The translations under genes were made by a program, and so were the position numbers. A stretch of 56,348 bases of DNA from a virus (lineage: Duplodnaviria > Caudoviricetes). A model generated the notes under the pieces. It was not told where the DNA came from, ran no database searches, and saw only the letters and a list, made by a program, of their open reading frames with translations. The DNA lies in the IMG/VR virus record IMGVR_UViG_3300025030_000129, positions 1-56,348 of that record; one strand, written 5' to 3'. Shown here in pieces: positions 35,430 through 45,601 of this stretch. Every line of letters begins with the position of its first letter. Within the stretch, counting starts at the first letter, position 1.

Positions 35430-36320
35430 TCAGTAGGCCCTCGGACCGCGACCGCGGCGCATCTCATCGATGATCTGCGAGGGCGTTTTTGGTTTCACTT
35501 CCGGCGGCGGGGTGGTACGGGCTGACGCCTGTTTCACCGGGGCCGGCATTTTTTCCTTAGCCTGTTTGCGTTTTTCAGCATCGGTCGGTTCAGGATCTGC
35601 GACAGTGGTTCGGCCAAACTTCTGGTACACCCGCTCGGCGGCCCTGTCGACCACCTGAATCGGGTTGAGAGTCGGATCCTCCGTGGCAACTTCCGCCCGG
35701 AACTTATTCAACGCAAAATTCATTACTTCGTCCGACGCGATGTCCTGATAGTTCGTGTGGTAATGCTGCACCAACGACTGTTTCACGGATTCTTGTTTCG
35801 CCACTTCGGTTTGTTCCACCCGGGCCACCTTGTCCGAGATGTGTTGTACCTGTCTCGCAAGGGTACTGATGGTTCCAGCAGCGGTATCAGGGTCGCTAAA
35901 AACAGCGTCAACGAATTCCCGACCGACTTGATCGGGTTGTTGATCTCGCTTCTTGAGTAGATCCTGTTCCATTCGCCGCAGTTCCTGTTCACGGGCGTTC
36001 AATGCTTGTTCCTTGGCGGATGCTTCGAACAGTCGCTTATCAGCGGCACTTTCTTTCTGCAGGGCACGAACACCGGCCTCGATGACTTTTTCCTTTGGGG
36101 CCAGGACTTCCGTCCCATCGATTTTGAGTGTTATCTGTTCGGGTTCTGGTTCCGGCGGGTCCGTGGCCCCATTGGTATCGTCCTGTTCGCCCGTATCGGG
36201 TACATCGGCCCGGCCGGCGGCGAGGATAGATTGCATAGCCTGTTCACGCTGGGACATCTTCGGTTCCTGGTCGATGACGCCTGTTACGGTAGTCTCTTCA
36301 GTTTCCATTTTTACATCCAC
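35430..36320 (-). CDS. scaffolding protein
   Basis: Acidic N-terminus, TLKIDG.E motif, coiled coil; upstream of the MCP. Confidence 0.75.
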   Translation of the reverse strand: MDVKMETEETTVTGVIDQEPKMSQREQAMQSILAAGRADVPDTGEQDDTNGATDPPEPEPEQITLKIDGTEVLAPKEKVIEAGVRALQKESAADKRLFEASAKEQALNAREQELRRMEQDLLKKRDQQPDQVGREFVDAVFSDPDTAAGTISTLARQVQHISDKVARVEQTEVAKQESVKQSLVQHYHTNYQDIASDEVMNFALNKFRAEVATEDPTLNPIQVVDRAAERVYQKFGRTTVADPEPTDAEKRKQAKEKMPAPVKQASARTTPPPEVKPKTPSQIIDEMRRGRGPRAY

Positions 36321-36358
36321 CTTTCATGCTGCTGATATTCGGTAACGTCCCGGCAGCG

Positions 36359-36640
36359 TCAGGATAGTTCCGCTTCTTGGTTGCGGAGTGCGTCATGGGC
36401 GGCCCTGCCGCTATCGATAGCATCCGACAACCATTTAACGATTCGATCCGGCGTGTCGAGGTCGGTCTGAATTCGCCGTACCTCACTTGTGTTCGTCGGA
36501 TCAACCGTCTTGAACTCGTTTATCGCTTTCTCACGGTCGATCTCTGCCCGTTCGAGCAGGTATTTACCGGTGGGGGTGAGCAGAAATTTTTCCGTTTCCA
36601 CCCCTAGAACCGCCATGTTAAACGCTTCGTCAGTGTTCAT
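36359..36640 (-). CDS. hypothetical head-module protein
   Basis: ATGA overlap with the portal gene. Confidence 0.7.
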   Translation of the reverse strand: MNTDEAFNMAVLGVETEKFLLTPTGKYLLERAEIDREKAINEFKTVDPTNTSEVRRIQTDLDTPDRIVKWLSDAIDSGRAAHDALRNQEAELS

Positions 36641-38640
36641 ATTCCCTCGTTTCCGGTCTGAACTTTGTACGCCAGTTCTTTTTGCTGGTTCGTTATATCC
36701 ATCCGGCGATTGATTTCTTTCAGGTATTCCAGGTTGATCTTACCCGAGTCGACTCCGGTCTGACGTTCCAGTTCCGCGAGTTTTATCCCACGATTGAGGG
36801 CCATCTCGGTTAACCGGATCTGCCGGTCGTTCGTGGTTTTCACTGCGGCTTCGGTCAGCCGGTTTTTACCCCGCTGTACCTCAAGCTGCATCTGCATCTG
36901 ACCCTCGACCTGTTTCGTCTGGATGACCTGCTGCAGCTGCTGGACCATCGCCGTCAGTTCGGCGATACGTGGATCCTCCGGTTGTTCGGCGTCATCCGGT
37001 AGGAATTTCTTCCCGTCGTTGAATCCGAGGATCGAGAACAATTCACGGCTGACCGCCACTTGGTCGAGAATCGCCGCGGCCGCTGGTAACTGCAGGGCGG
37101 TCTGGACACCAGCGATCAGTTTCTGCACCTTGCCATTCGGATCGGTCGCACCGAACCCGACATCGGCCCGGACCTTCACCGGAGCCTGCAGGGTTTCACT
37201 GGTTATGGACGGATCACCAAGGACTTCCTGGATCTTCGCGTCGTCCTCGTAGAATTTCACCATATCGACCAGATCGCGCAGGACCGGCTCGACCCACGTT
37301 TCCACCAGCACCCGCAACTGATATTCGGTGAGGGTGTTCGCGTTCCCTTCGAGCAGGGCCATGCCGCCGACCGTTTCGTTCAACTGGCGGTTTGTGGCCA
37401 CACTTGACGAACTGAACGTGCCGGACAACTCGTCGAAATCGGAATTTATGACAGCCTGTTCCTGATACGATGAGCCGGTAACGTCGATGGTATCTTCCGG
37501 TTTCACGGCATTAATGTCGTCCATCATGACCATGCCGCCCGGAACGCTCGATTTCAGGGCCTGGTAGTCGACACCCATGAACCGCTGCACGTATTTCCGT
37601 TTGTTCAGGACTTGCTTGACGTTATCCACCCGCAGGTTACCGATCTCGTTACTCAGATCCTGGGCGCCGGATACCCGGTCAACCAGGGACCGCCGGTAAA
37701 CCTTGTGGGGCTCAATGGTGATCGTGCCCCAGGTGTATGGCCGCTTTCGTGGTTTCAGGTGCGGGAACGCCTCGATTACCGGGATCGGCTGAGACAACAT
37801 GAGTTCTTTGCCGAGCGTGTAGAAAAACCAGTCTTCACCATCCCGCTTGATGAAATTTTCGTGGACGTAGACGAAATCGAAATCGGTGACCGCTGAAACG
37901 GCGGCATCCTCGGCGGCGGTCTGTTCCCGCCCCTGCCGGGCCGATTTCATGTTGTTTTGCTTGAATTTTACACACGCCGACTGGATCTCCTGGTCCGTGT
38001 ACAGGATCCAGTCCGCTTTCATCCGCTCTTTAATGTCGTAGATGAACATCGGCCATTCGACGATCAGGAACGGGGACGTGTTGATCGGGTCGAGCCAATT
38101 CGCCTGCGGGGAGATTTTACAGTTTTCCAGCGGCACCAGGTCAATTGCCGCCTGATCCACATGGACCGTACCGTCGGCATCCCGGTCATAGTTCCAGTAA
38201 TTTTTTGATACCACGTTGCCGGCAATCATCGCTTCGTGGTAGGCGCCGAGCGAGATCATGAACCATTTAATCGATTCGTCCAGGTGGTTATTCACCAGTT
38301 TATGTAGGGAGGGGGCAACCGACTGATCGCCGGTAATCGATACCACATCGTGGTTCGAGAACAGGGCGACAGCCATCGCCGCTTCGTTCTTGCGGATCGA
38401 CGCTTCGGTCTTGCCCCGGAAATGCCTTGAACGGTTCTGATACGCTGCGGACAGATATTTCGAGCCGTCCGGATGTTCCGACTGGGCCCGGCTGTAATTC
38501 CGGCGCCATCGTCGCATCTGGGACGCTTCGAGAAACGATTCCGACTGTTCGTGCGCCCGCCTGGCCAGCCGCAGGAATTCGGCCGACGGATCAGTTGGGT
38601 CGACGGGGGCGCCAGTCGTATCAGCGGCGGTTTCGATCAT
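36637..38640 (-). CDS. portal protein
   Basis: 667 aa; ETVGGM..L, ETWVEP, Gln-rich C-terminal barrel; position. Confidence 0.85.
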   Translation of the reverse strand: MIETAADTTGAPVDPTDPSAEFLRLARRAHEQSESFLEASQMRRWRRNYSRAQSEHPDGSKYLSAAYQNRSRHFRGKTEASIRKNEAAMAVALFSNHDVVSITGDQSVAPSLHKLVNNHLDESIKWFMISLGAYHEAMIAGNVVSKNYWNYDRDADGTVHVDQAAIDLVPLENCKISPQANWLDPINTSPFLIVEWPMFIYDIKERMKADWILYTDQEIQSACVKFKQNNMKSARQGREQTAAEDAAVSAVTDFDFVYVHENFIKRDGEDWFFYTLGKELMLSQPIPVIEAFPHLKPRKRPYTWGTITIEPHKVYRRSLVDRVSGAQDLSNEIGNLRVDNVKQVLNKRKYVQRFMGVDYQALKSSVPGGMVMMDDINAVKPEDTIDVTGSSYQEQAVINSDFDELSGTFSSSSVATNRQLNETVGGMALLEGNANTLTEYQLRVLVETWVEPVLRDLVDMVKFYEDDAKIQEVLGDPSITSETLQAPVKVRADVGFGATDPNGKVQKLIAGVQTALQLPAAAAILDQVAVSRELFSILGFNDGKKFLPDDAEQPEDPRIAELTAMVQQLQQVIQTKQVEGQMQMQLEVQRGKNRLTEAAVKTTNDRQIRLTEMALNRGIKLAELERQTGVDSGKINLEYLKEINRRMDITNQQKELAYKVQTGNEGI

Positions 38641-39002
38641 ACCTGTAGGGCGTCTCCGCGGATATCCCGCTTGAGGGTTTTTAACTGTTTTTCATCCCGG
38701 CCGCCGGTTCGCTTGCAGCCGTAACGTTCCAGCAGTTCGCCACCGGCCCGCATGAGTACTCGGCCTTCGGGGTCGATGTCGTGCACCGGTACTCGGAATC
38801 CTTGTTTTTTATTCAGGTTCAGGTTCTGCACGTAAACCACATCGCCAATCATGCCCACCTGCCAGAGATAGCCGGGATAGACGATGTGCAACGCTTCGGC
38901 GAATCCGCGACACATTGCGAACGCTTCTTCATTCGTCGGTTGGCGATGGTGACGGAGAGTTTTCCGGCCGGTAAGAACGCCGCCGGGTAACAGGATACTC
39001 AT
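38637..39002 (-). CDS. hypothetical protein
   Basis: LHIVYPGYLWQV...MRAGGELLERY; overlaps neighbours. Confidence 0.7.
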   Translation of the reverse strand: MSILLPGGVLTGRKTLRHHRQPTNEEAFAMCRGFAEALHIVYPGYLWQVGMIGDVVYVQNLNLNKKQGFRVPVHDIDPEGRVLMRAGGELLERYGCKRTGGRDEKQLKTLKRDIRGDALQV

Positions 39003-39136
39003 CAGGAACGCTCCTTGAATTGTCGACCGTTGGAAAATTCGTAAACGACCGTCGGTGCCGGTTTCGGGTCACGGATCTGCACCTGCTGCTTGATGGTTGT
39101 TTTGGTGTAGCGGACTCGCTTCGTTAATCTGGGCAC
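39002..39136 (-). CDS. 44-aa hypothetical protein
   Basis: GGAGG SD, GTG start, TGATG overlap. Confidence 0.6.
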   Translation of the reverse strand: MPRLTKRVRYTKTTIKQQVQIRDPKPAPTVVYEFSNGRQFKERS

Positions 39137-39152
39137 CGTGTACCTCCGAAAT

Positions 39153-39190
39153 AAAAAAGGCCCACGATTCACCTTCGAATCATGGGCCTT
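39153..39190 (-). terminator. intrinsic terminator between packaging and head modules
   Basis: aggcccatgattc-gaaggt-gaatcgtgggcct then a T run on the minus strand. Confidence 0.75.
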
Positions 39191-39241
39191 ATGGGGGCGA
39201 TGACTGTACCTGACTGCAGGGGCCGTTACCGGCGCGGGCTA

Positions 39242-39373
39242 TCAGGGGTTTGTAATTATGCGTCTGGTCTTCTTGGTTTCAGCGTTACATTGTTTTACCT
39301 CGGCCTCGGCCAGTTCGATAAAAAATTTCGCTACCCGGATCAGTAATTTTAAAATTCGTTCCGTACCGTTCAT
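39242..39373 (-). CDS. 43-aa basic helical peptide
   Basis: MNGTERILKLLIRVAKFFIELAEAEV... Confidence 0.5.
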   Translation of the reverse strand: MNGTERILKLLIRVAKFFIELAEAEVKQCNAETKKTRRIITNP

Positions 39374-39376
39374 GGT

Positions 39377-39979
39377 TCAATACACCGGTTCGGGTTCCGG
39401 ATTCGGGTCGAATGATTCATCTCGTTCCCCCGAGTACCGCAACATCCCCGCCACCGCATTACTGAGGGCGGCAACCTTGTGGTACTGATCGGCTCGGATA
39501 TCGACTTTCGGCAGGCTGAACAATTCGGCGGTGATCATCGACTCGTTAAAGAAGTGCAGTCGTTTTGCCACCGGTCTTACCAGCATGTGTACAAGCGATA
39601 CCTGATTGTCAATGTATTCACCAATCCGCGGCGTATCCATAACGATTAAATTACGCACACCAGAACTATACGATTGTTTGTTACAAGTTGCAAGAATTTC
39701 TTTTACGTTGACATCTAACCAGCCGAACCAGCGTAATACCGGGTATTCGGCCTGAAACCGTCGGGCGATGTCGACCAGATCGACCAACGATTCGTTCCGT
39801 TCCGTCTCCGCTTCGGCCAGGACGAAATAATGCGTTTCGTGGAAGAATCGTTCCTCCCCGAGCAGGACGGCGAACTGCGGGAACCCGAGCCCGCCGAATA
39901 CCCGGGAGATCTGGACCGGTCGGCCGTCATGCCAGAGTTCGCCGCGATCGTTGTATTTGGAGCTGCGTTTGATGATCAT
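39377..39979 (-). CDS. hypothetical protein
   Basis: ATGA overlap; 200 aa. Confidence 0.7.
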   Translation of the reverse strand: MIIKRSSKYNDRGELWHDGRPVQISRVFGGLGFPQFAVLLGEERFFHETHYFVLAEAETERNESLVDLVDIARRFQAEYPVLRWFGWLDVNVKEILATCNKQSYSSGVRNLIVMDTPRIGEYIDNQVSLVHMLVRPVAKRLHFFNESMITAELFSLPKVDIRADQYHKVAALSNAVAGMLRYSGERDESFDPNPEPEPVY

Positions 39980-40395
39980 ACCACACGGCACCTTGCGAGA
40001 ACGTAACATCCACGCAACGGATCGAGCGGAGCATTTTCATCCTTGAACAAGGGGCCATCGGAAGTCGGAACAGGGATATGGCCAGCCCAATACTCGTAAT
40101 TATTAGCTCGACGGACATGATACCAAGCAATTTCGGAACCGTCATTCCGTTTGAGTATTTCGAACACAGATCCTTTTGGTAATTTCTCGCAAGCATCAGC
40201 AATAACTGCATCTATCGTGGTACCGGGGTATGGAAACGATTCGCACGAAACGAGTCCGTGCTCTGGGGAATTTCCGTCGTCGTCAAATACTGTGACGGTG
40301 AAATCATTCGGACCAATACCTCGACCAAAAACAACATGACATCGGTCGTGCCCCTTAATCTCGCAACAACCTTTAAACCCGCAAGTTTCCATCAT
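39976..40395 (-). CDS. hypothetical protein
   Basis: ATGA overlaps at both ends. Confidence 0.6.
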   Translation of the reverse strand: MMETCGFKGCCEIKGHDRCHVVFGRGIGPNDFTVTVFDDDGNSPEHGLVSCESFPYPGTTIDAVIADACEKLPKGSVFEILKRNDGSEIAWYHVRRANNYEYWAGHIPVPTSDGPLFKDENAPLDPLRGCYVLARCRVV

Positions 40396-40778
40396 AACCC
40401 TCCCTTTTCCATTTTAGACTGTTCCTTATCATCGAAAAATATCCGATCCGCCACCTCGATCTTCAACCAAGCCATCAGGTAGGCGATCAGTTCATCATCC
40501 CGCTGCATTCCCTTAAGATCACAAATTCCCAGCGCCACATGAACCAATTCGTGGAATACGACCGAGGCGTTTTCGTCCGGATCCTCGACCCACATAAAAA
40601 TTTCCGCCCCGGCATCGTCGGGGATGCAGCAGGCACCACGGGATTTTTCCGGCACGGGAACAACGAAACGTAAGCCGTCCAAGTCGTAGAATGCGTTCCG
40701 AGCTTCCTGTGCGGAACAGCCGACGCATGTGGCCACACCGATGTTGAAGATCGGTACTTTCACTACGAATATTTTCAT
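40392..40778 (-). CDS. zincin-like (HExxH) protein
   Basis: VVFHELVH...DELIAYL. Confidence 0.65.
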   Translation of the reverse strand: MKIFVVKVPIFNIGVATCVGCSAQEARNAFYDLDGLRFVVPVPEKSRGACCIPDDAGAEIFMWVEDPDENASVVFHELVHVALGICDLKGMQRDDELIAYLMAWLKIEVADRIFFDDKEQSKMEKGGL

Positions 40779-40930
40779 AACGTCGCCCCCACCCCGAGTA
40801 GAATCCCCCACTGAATACGAGCCCGTCGTCGTTCCGCTTCGGTCCAACCTCCCGGGGGATGGGGATACCAACCATCGACACCGAACTCGTTGAACCACTC
40901 GTTCCACTGTACTGAGTATCGTTTAATCAT
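40775..40930 (-). CDS. 51-aa Trp-rich hypothetical protein
   Basis: Manual ORF MIKRYSVQWNEW...; overlaps both neighbours. Confidence 0.55.
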   Translation of the reverse strand: MIKRYSVQWNEWFNEFGVDGWYPHPPGGWTEAERRRARIQWGILLGVGATL

Positions 40931-41271
40931 CACCAGAATCCTCCTTCTCGCTGGTACGTATCATCGAAATTTACGAATCCGACCTTGTGGTCAAACTGAA
41001 ACTGGTCCGGGCGTGTAATCCCCCGCTCAGTAGATTTCACCCGACCGAGTAATTCGGCCCGCAACCGTTCGTTATCTTCGGCTAGGGACGCAATATCTTT
41101 TTTCTGACTATCGACTATCCGCTTCAATCGAATATACTCCTCCTCAATGGTCCGTAACCGGGTCAATTCCGCATCAGCCAACCGCTGACGTTTCCCTTTC
41201 AGATTCGCCAGTTCTCGCCGCTGACGATCGACCTTATTCTCCAACCGTTCAATGTACCCTTCCCACTCCAT
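40930..41271 (-). CDS. coiled-coil hypothetical protein
   Basis: GGAGG SD; heptad pattern. Confidence 0.65.
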   Translation of the reverse strand: MEWEGYIERLENKVDRQRRELANLKGKRQRLADAELTRLRTIEEEYIRLKRIVDSQKKDIASLAEDNERLRAELLGRVKSTERGITRPDQFQFDHKVGFVNFDDTYQREGGFW

Positions 41272-41285
41272 ACCCCACCCTCCCG

Positions 41286-42878
41286 CTAACTCAGATCCAT
41301 CTCAGAAAACCATCCACTCTTCATAAACGACAGCATCAACGCCCGGGCACGATCCGGTGACCGGCCGAGTAACGTTTTCACCTCGTCCGTACTGCTCACC
41401 TTAACCTTACCCAGCTTCACCTCGTAATTAAACGCCAGTAATTCCTCGATGAGTTCCGGGTCGGGCGGCAGCATAGCCAGATCATTACGCAACCATTCGC
41501 GGACCTCCCACATCAATTGATCCAGCAGGATACCGAATTCGCCCAGGTCCGTCTTATCCGTGGCGGCCGAAGCAACCATGACCTTAACGGCCGGCAGGGC
41601 GTACTGCTTGACCATGTACGGCGCAGTGCCGGCGCCGACGCCCGTACCGTCGCAATATATTGCCGTCAGTGAAGTGATCCCCTGGACGATCAGATCAGCC
41701 TGGACCAAATCGCCCACTTCGATAACGTCTTGCTTCTGCCAACTGACGAGCGGATGAACGAAATTCCCGAATCGTTTACACCAAACGGACGAATCACGGC
41801 CCTGATCGGCGATATCGAGCCCACCGGTGCAGCGAATCGTTTCCGGCACGATGACCCCGTGGGCCGCAACGAACAGGTCGTAACGTGAACGGGCCTTATC
41901 GATCCACTCCTCGCTGATCAACTGGTTATCAGCCTGGGCCGGGTATTCGCCGAGGACGACGTGGGAGAACTGATGTTCGACGATTTTATACGTCCCCGGT
42001 GCCAACGGTGCCAGCGGTCGCCGTTGCTGGTCGGTCGGTATGCAGCCGACGAGATATTCCGGCAAATCGAAACACGTTTTATCCCGCTGTTCCCCCGGAC
42101 CGAGCGGCCGAGTCCACTGTGCGATACGGCGCAGGGTTTTTTCCCGGTCAACTGCGCCAGGGATAACATCGGTACCGGTGACAACGTTCGGGTGGTTCAG
42201 AGCTGTGAGTTTGATGACGTTCGCCTGGCCGGTCTTGATCGTCCGGTACACGTGGCCGCGGCGTTCCCGGGGGTTGAACGTGATCAACAAACGACTGAAC
42301 CCACCGGACAGACACGTTTCAATGCCGGCGAATACCGGGTCCGGGATCGCGTCACCCTCATCGAGCAGGAACAGCAGACTCGGGGCATGTTTGCCGCTGA
42401 ACCGCGCCTGACGCTGTGCATCGGTACCGGACGAGGGTATGGCCACACCGGTGATGAATTCGAGCGGAGAACGGGAAATTTTCAGGTTTTTGAGGGATGA
42501 ACCAACGAACAGATGCGCGTGTTTATCGGCGGTGGCAGATATCTCGGCCCACAGGATGTTCTCCAGGTTCGTCTGCGGCGGGGCGGCCGCGCAGTAAATT
42601 TGCGGTTCGATCTGACACTTGTAAAACCACACGGCGATTCGCGATTCGATGAACGATTTACCCGTACCGTTACCCGACTGGGCGATCGTCACCGAATTTT
42701 CCACCACCGACCGGCAGATCTCCCGCAGATCGTCCGTCAGGTGCTCGCCCAGGACGTGCTCGATAAATCCCTCACAGTCGTTCGAATACCGGCGATAATC
42801 GACACCGGCCCGGTCCATGGCGATCAACCGTTCGCGCAGGGCGAGGTATTCGCGGGCTTCGGCGTCGGTCCAGGTCAC
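41286..42878 (-). CDS. terL: terminase large subunit
   Basis: SGNGTGKS, LLDEGD, FNP, GLDIADQGRD, DGTGVG, RSPDRA; GTGA start overlap. Confidence 0.92.
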   Translation of the reverse strand: MTWTDAEAREYLALRERLIAMDRAGVDYRRYSNDCEGFIEHVLGEHLTDDLREICRSVVENSVTIAQSGNGTGKSFIESRIAVWFYKCQIEPQIYCAAAPPQTNLENILWAEISATADKHAHLFVGSSLKNLKISRSPLEFITGVAIPSSGTDAQRQARFSGKHAPSLLFLLDEGDAIPDPVFAGIETCLSGGFSRLLITFNPRERRGHVYRTIKTGQANVIKLTALNHPNVVTGTDVIPGAVDREKTLRRIAQWTRPLGPGEQRDKTCFDLPEYLVGCIPTDQQRRPLAPLAPGTYKIVEHQFSHVVLGEYPAQADNQLISEEWIDKARSRYDLFVAAHGVIVPETIRCTGGLDIADQGRDSSVWCKRFGNFVHPLVSWQKQDVIEVGDLVQADLIVQGITSLTAIYCDGTGVGAGTAPYMVKQYALPAVKVMVASAATDKTDLGEFGILLDQLMWEVREWLRNDLAMLPPDPELIEELLAFNYEVKLGKVKVSSTDEVKTLLGRSPDRARALMLSFMKSGWFSEMDLS

Positions 42879-43237
42879 GGGCGGCCGTCGGCACGAACGC
42901 CGGTATTCGGGATGACTTGAACACACCGATCATCCCAGAGTTCAACCATCATGTGGTCCTTTTCGTGCGTAATCGGTAGGGGCCGGCCGAGATGGGTAAC
43001 ACACCACGTGTTTATTACCTCCCGGCATAATCCCGAATCAGGTTTTCCGGGGGCGACACGGGCCGTCATAATCCGTACCCGACGACCTTCGGTGATCCAA
43101 CGTTTCACCCGTTCAACCATCAATGGAACAGGCGACCCGATATGTTCCGGACCTTTCCACCCGTGATATTCGGCCAGTGTCCCATCCAGATCAACACCAA
43201 TCCAACCTTTACCAGTACAACCGTGTGTATCGTTCAT
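42875..43237 (-). CDS. HAD-superfamily phosphatase-like protein
   Basis: VDLDGTL, MTAR, K, WDDR. Confidence 0.8.
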   Translation of the reverse strand: MNDTHGCTGKGWIGVDLDGTLAEYHGWKGPEHIGSPVPLMVERVKRWITEGRRVRIMTARVAPGKPDSGLCREVINTWCVTHLGRPLPITHEKDHMMVELWDDRCVQVIPNTGVRADGRP

Positions 43238-43800
43238 CGTCGTTTCTCCAGTTCAACCAGGCGCCGCTCGATCTCATCCCGGGACAGGTCGGCGTAGGGG
43301 TCGGTGGTGGGGGTATCGTTCAGGCTGTAGGCCTGGCGTTCGAGGGCGATCCGTTTGGACTGTACGAACGCCAACTGGCCGAGTGCCGACGCCCGTTCGG
43401 TGACGGTGATACCAAGGACGGTTTGAGTCACGCGGCCCTGGAACGACGAGATATGGACCTTTGTCGGGGGATTATCGGGATCACCGAGTTCAGCCAGTAA
43501 TTTCAATTCTAACGCCCGTAGCCGCTGTATATCGGCCCGTTGCAGGTTGACCACCGCTACGCGGACGTCGGATGCCTGTTCGACTATTTCCTGCTCAGAT
43601 GGGAGCTTTATGTCAGGATGGAGAAGTTTTATCCGGGTACGTTCTCGAACCTTGTCGGAGAGATCACGTTGCCATTTCTCCCGCTTCATCACTTTCCGGA
43701 CGTAGGTTTCCGAACAACCGTGTTTACGTCCAATCTCACGGAGAGACAACATGCCGGCCCGAACATCGACACCCATTGATTCAAGATCGATCTTGCTCAT
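43234..43800 (-). CDS. terS: terminase small subunit
   Basis: N-terminal HTH SLREIGRKHG..KW.RDL; ALERQAY; upstream of TerL. Confidence 0.75.
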   Translation of the reverse strand: MSKIDLESMGVDVRAGMLSLREIGRKHGCSETYVRKVMKREKWQRDLSDKVRERTRIKLLHPDIKLPSEQEIVEQASDVRVAVVNLQRADIQRLRALELKLLAELGDPDNPPTKVHISSFQGRVTQTVLGITVTERASALGQLAFVQSKRIALERQAYSLNDTPTTDPYADLSRDEIERRLVELEKRR

Positions 43801-43974
43801 GGTTGAATGGTAAATTAGTTGTTCGCAGTTGTAAAGAAAAAACCTTTCGCGTACCAGTTTGCGTACCATGTCCACAGTTGCGGCCGCCGACTGTGGACAT
43901 TCCCACCACCTCGACAGCCGGTCCACATCGTCCAACCACCACGGTGTGGCACCCAGTCCAATACCCCATCACTG

Positions 43975-44300
43975 ACCCCTTCGGTGTACGGTCGGTGTGT
44001 ACCCTTCGGTGTATCTCTAACTCCCTGTACTTCTTATCTATTTCTATATATATACCCCAATACCCTTTACTTTTAAAGAAATAGAGAATAGAAGTAAATA
44101 TGGTATTAATAACAATTAATGTTGACGATATTTAATATTAATGATAGGACGATAATATTAATTGGTGGTACCCAGAAACAGTTGTTTTGTCGAAAAAACT
44201 AGCAACAAGGTGCAAAACGACCATATTTTTGAGGTACTAACAATTTTTGAGGTTTAAGTAGTTGAAACAGTTATTTTTATTTTACCCCTGAAGCTGCGGG
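43975..44300. other. AT-rich non-coding divergence region (candidate origin/packaging region)
   Basis: Marked AT enrichment; cccttcggtgta repeated at 43977 and 44002. Confidence 0.5.
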
Positions 44301-44336
44301 GTATGGGCCCCGAGCTAGGGGTGGAAAGGAGGCAAA

Positions 44337-45548
44337 ATGTACTTTGGCAAGAACGGTGCTTCGTCGGCGTTCCCTTTTTCGCGACAGGAAGCACGAAAAG
44401 TAAGAAGCAAGATTTATACAGGAGAGGAATGTTCCATCTGCGGAACGAAGGACCACTACACTAAAACCGATATCTGTGTTCGTTGTTCAAAAGATTGGGC
44501 CAACGATCTGTTTTGCTACGCAGCAGGAGCGATTAAATTTGAACGAACGAACGAAGGAGTATTTGTTATTCCCGGTCCTATGGTTAAAACCGTTAAGAAA
44601 CATTTGATCCCAGATCAGGTATGGATAGATATTTATACCATGGTTGATAGTCCAAATTGCCTGTTTATGAAAAACGGTGTTTTGGCAAAATCTGAATACG
44701 ACGCGTCCCGACTTGGATTGTCCCACTATCTAGTCCCTGTCCCCTGTGAGATGTCCGGGCATTTCGGCGTACTCACCATCAGCGGAAAATGCTCATATTG
44801 TGAATCAGAGTCCGATGAACGGATACTTGCCCGGCAAAGAGGGGAGAAATATTATACACCGGGCCAACCTTGCACCCGTTGTGGTCACACTGCGGAACGG
44901 CGAACGAGTGACAACCGCTGTACGGGATGTTTCCCGGTAATGCGGAAGCACGTAAGCGATATTGCCAGAATCGACGCAAGGAACAATGGGAAGATTTGGT
45001 ATACCCCTTTGACTCCGTGCCGAAAATGCGGTGAAATGGCCCTTCGCAGGGTGAGCGATAATCGTTGTTCGGCTTGTTCCCCATTACTGGATACAAACGT
45101 CCCGCGGGCACTGGCCAGGTCGTTCGGGCAGAAATGGTACATCCCTGAAGACCCATGCCCGCGATGCGGGAAGATAGTCCGGCATCGGGTGAACGACGAC
45201 AAATGCAATGGGTGCTATCCCGCTATGACTGATCGTGATACCGAGAGCCCCCGCCAAGCTGCGTTACGTGCCGGTAAGAAATGGTATGTGCCGAAAGACC
45301 CATGCCCGCGTTGCGGGATGATTGCCGACCGTCGGGTAAGTGATGGTCAGTGTCAAGGTTGCGTACCCCAGTTAGATCGAGAAACCTCCATAATGATGGA
45401 AGCCGCCCCCGATATGGTGGTGTCACGCGACGATGCCCGCCGGCTGGGCCTGAAGGTCTACCGGACCGGTGACGCGTGTCAGCGAGGCCACAGGGGGTTC
45501 AGATGGGTATCGACGGGCGGGTGTATCGAGTGTTTGAAGGGACGGTGA
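44337..45548 (+). CDS. tandem zinc-finger repeat protein (7 units)
   Basis: AGGAGG SD; repeats A...G..WY.P..PC.RCG....RRVSD..C..C. Confidence 0.8.
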   Translation: MYFGKNGASSAFPFSRQEARKVRSKIYTGEECSICGTKDHYTKTDICVRCSKDWANDLFCYAAGAIKFERTNEGVFVIPGPMVKTVKKHLIPDQVWIDIYTMVDSPNCLFMKNGVLAKSEYDASRLGLSHYLVPVPCEMSGHFGVLTISGKCSYCESESDERILARQRGEKYYTPGQPCTRCGHTAERRTSDNRCTGCFPVMRKHVSDIARIDARNNGKIWYTPLTPCRKCGEMALRRVSDNRCSACSPLLDTNVPRALARSFGQKWYIPEDPCPRCGKIVRHRVNDDKCNGCYPAMTDRDTESPRQAALRAGKKWYVPKDPCPRCGMIADRRVSDGQCQGCVPQLDRETSIMMEAAPDMVVSRDDARRLGLKVYRTGDACQRGHRGFRWVSTGGCIECLKGR

Positions 45549-45559
45549 GGGTGTAGAGG

Positions 45560-45600
45560 CGACCGAGCACGGAAATAAATTCCACTCGGTCGTTTTTTTT
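45560..45600 (+). terminator. intrinsic terminator
   Basis: cgaccgag/ctcggtcg stem followed by T8. Confidence 0.75.
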
Positions 45601-45601
45601 A

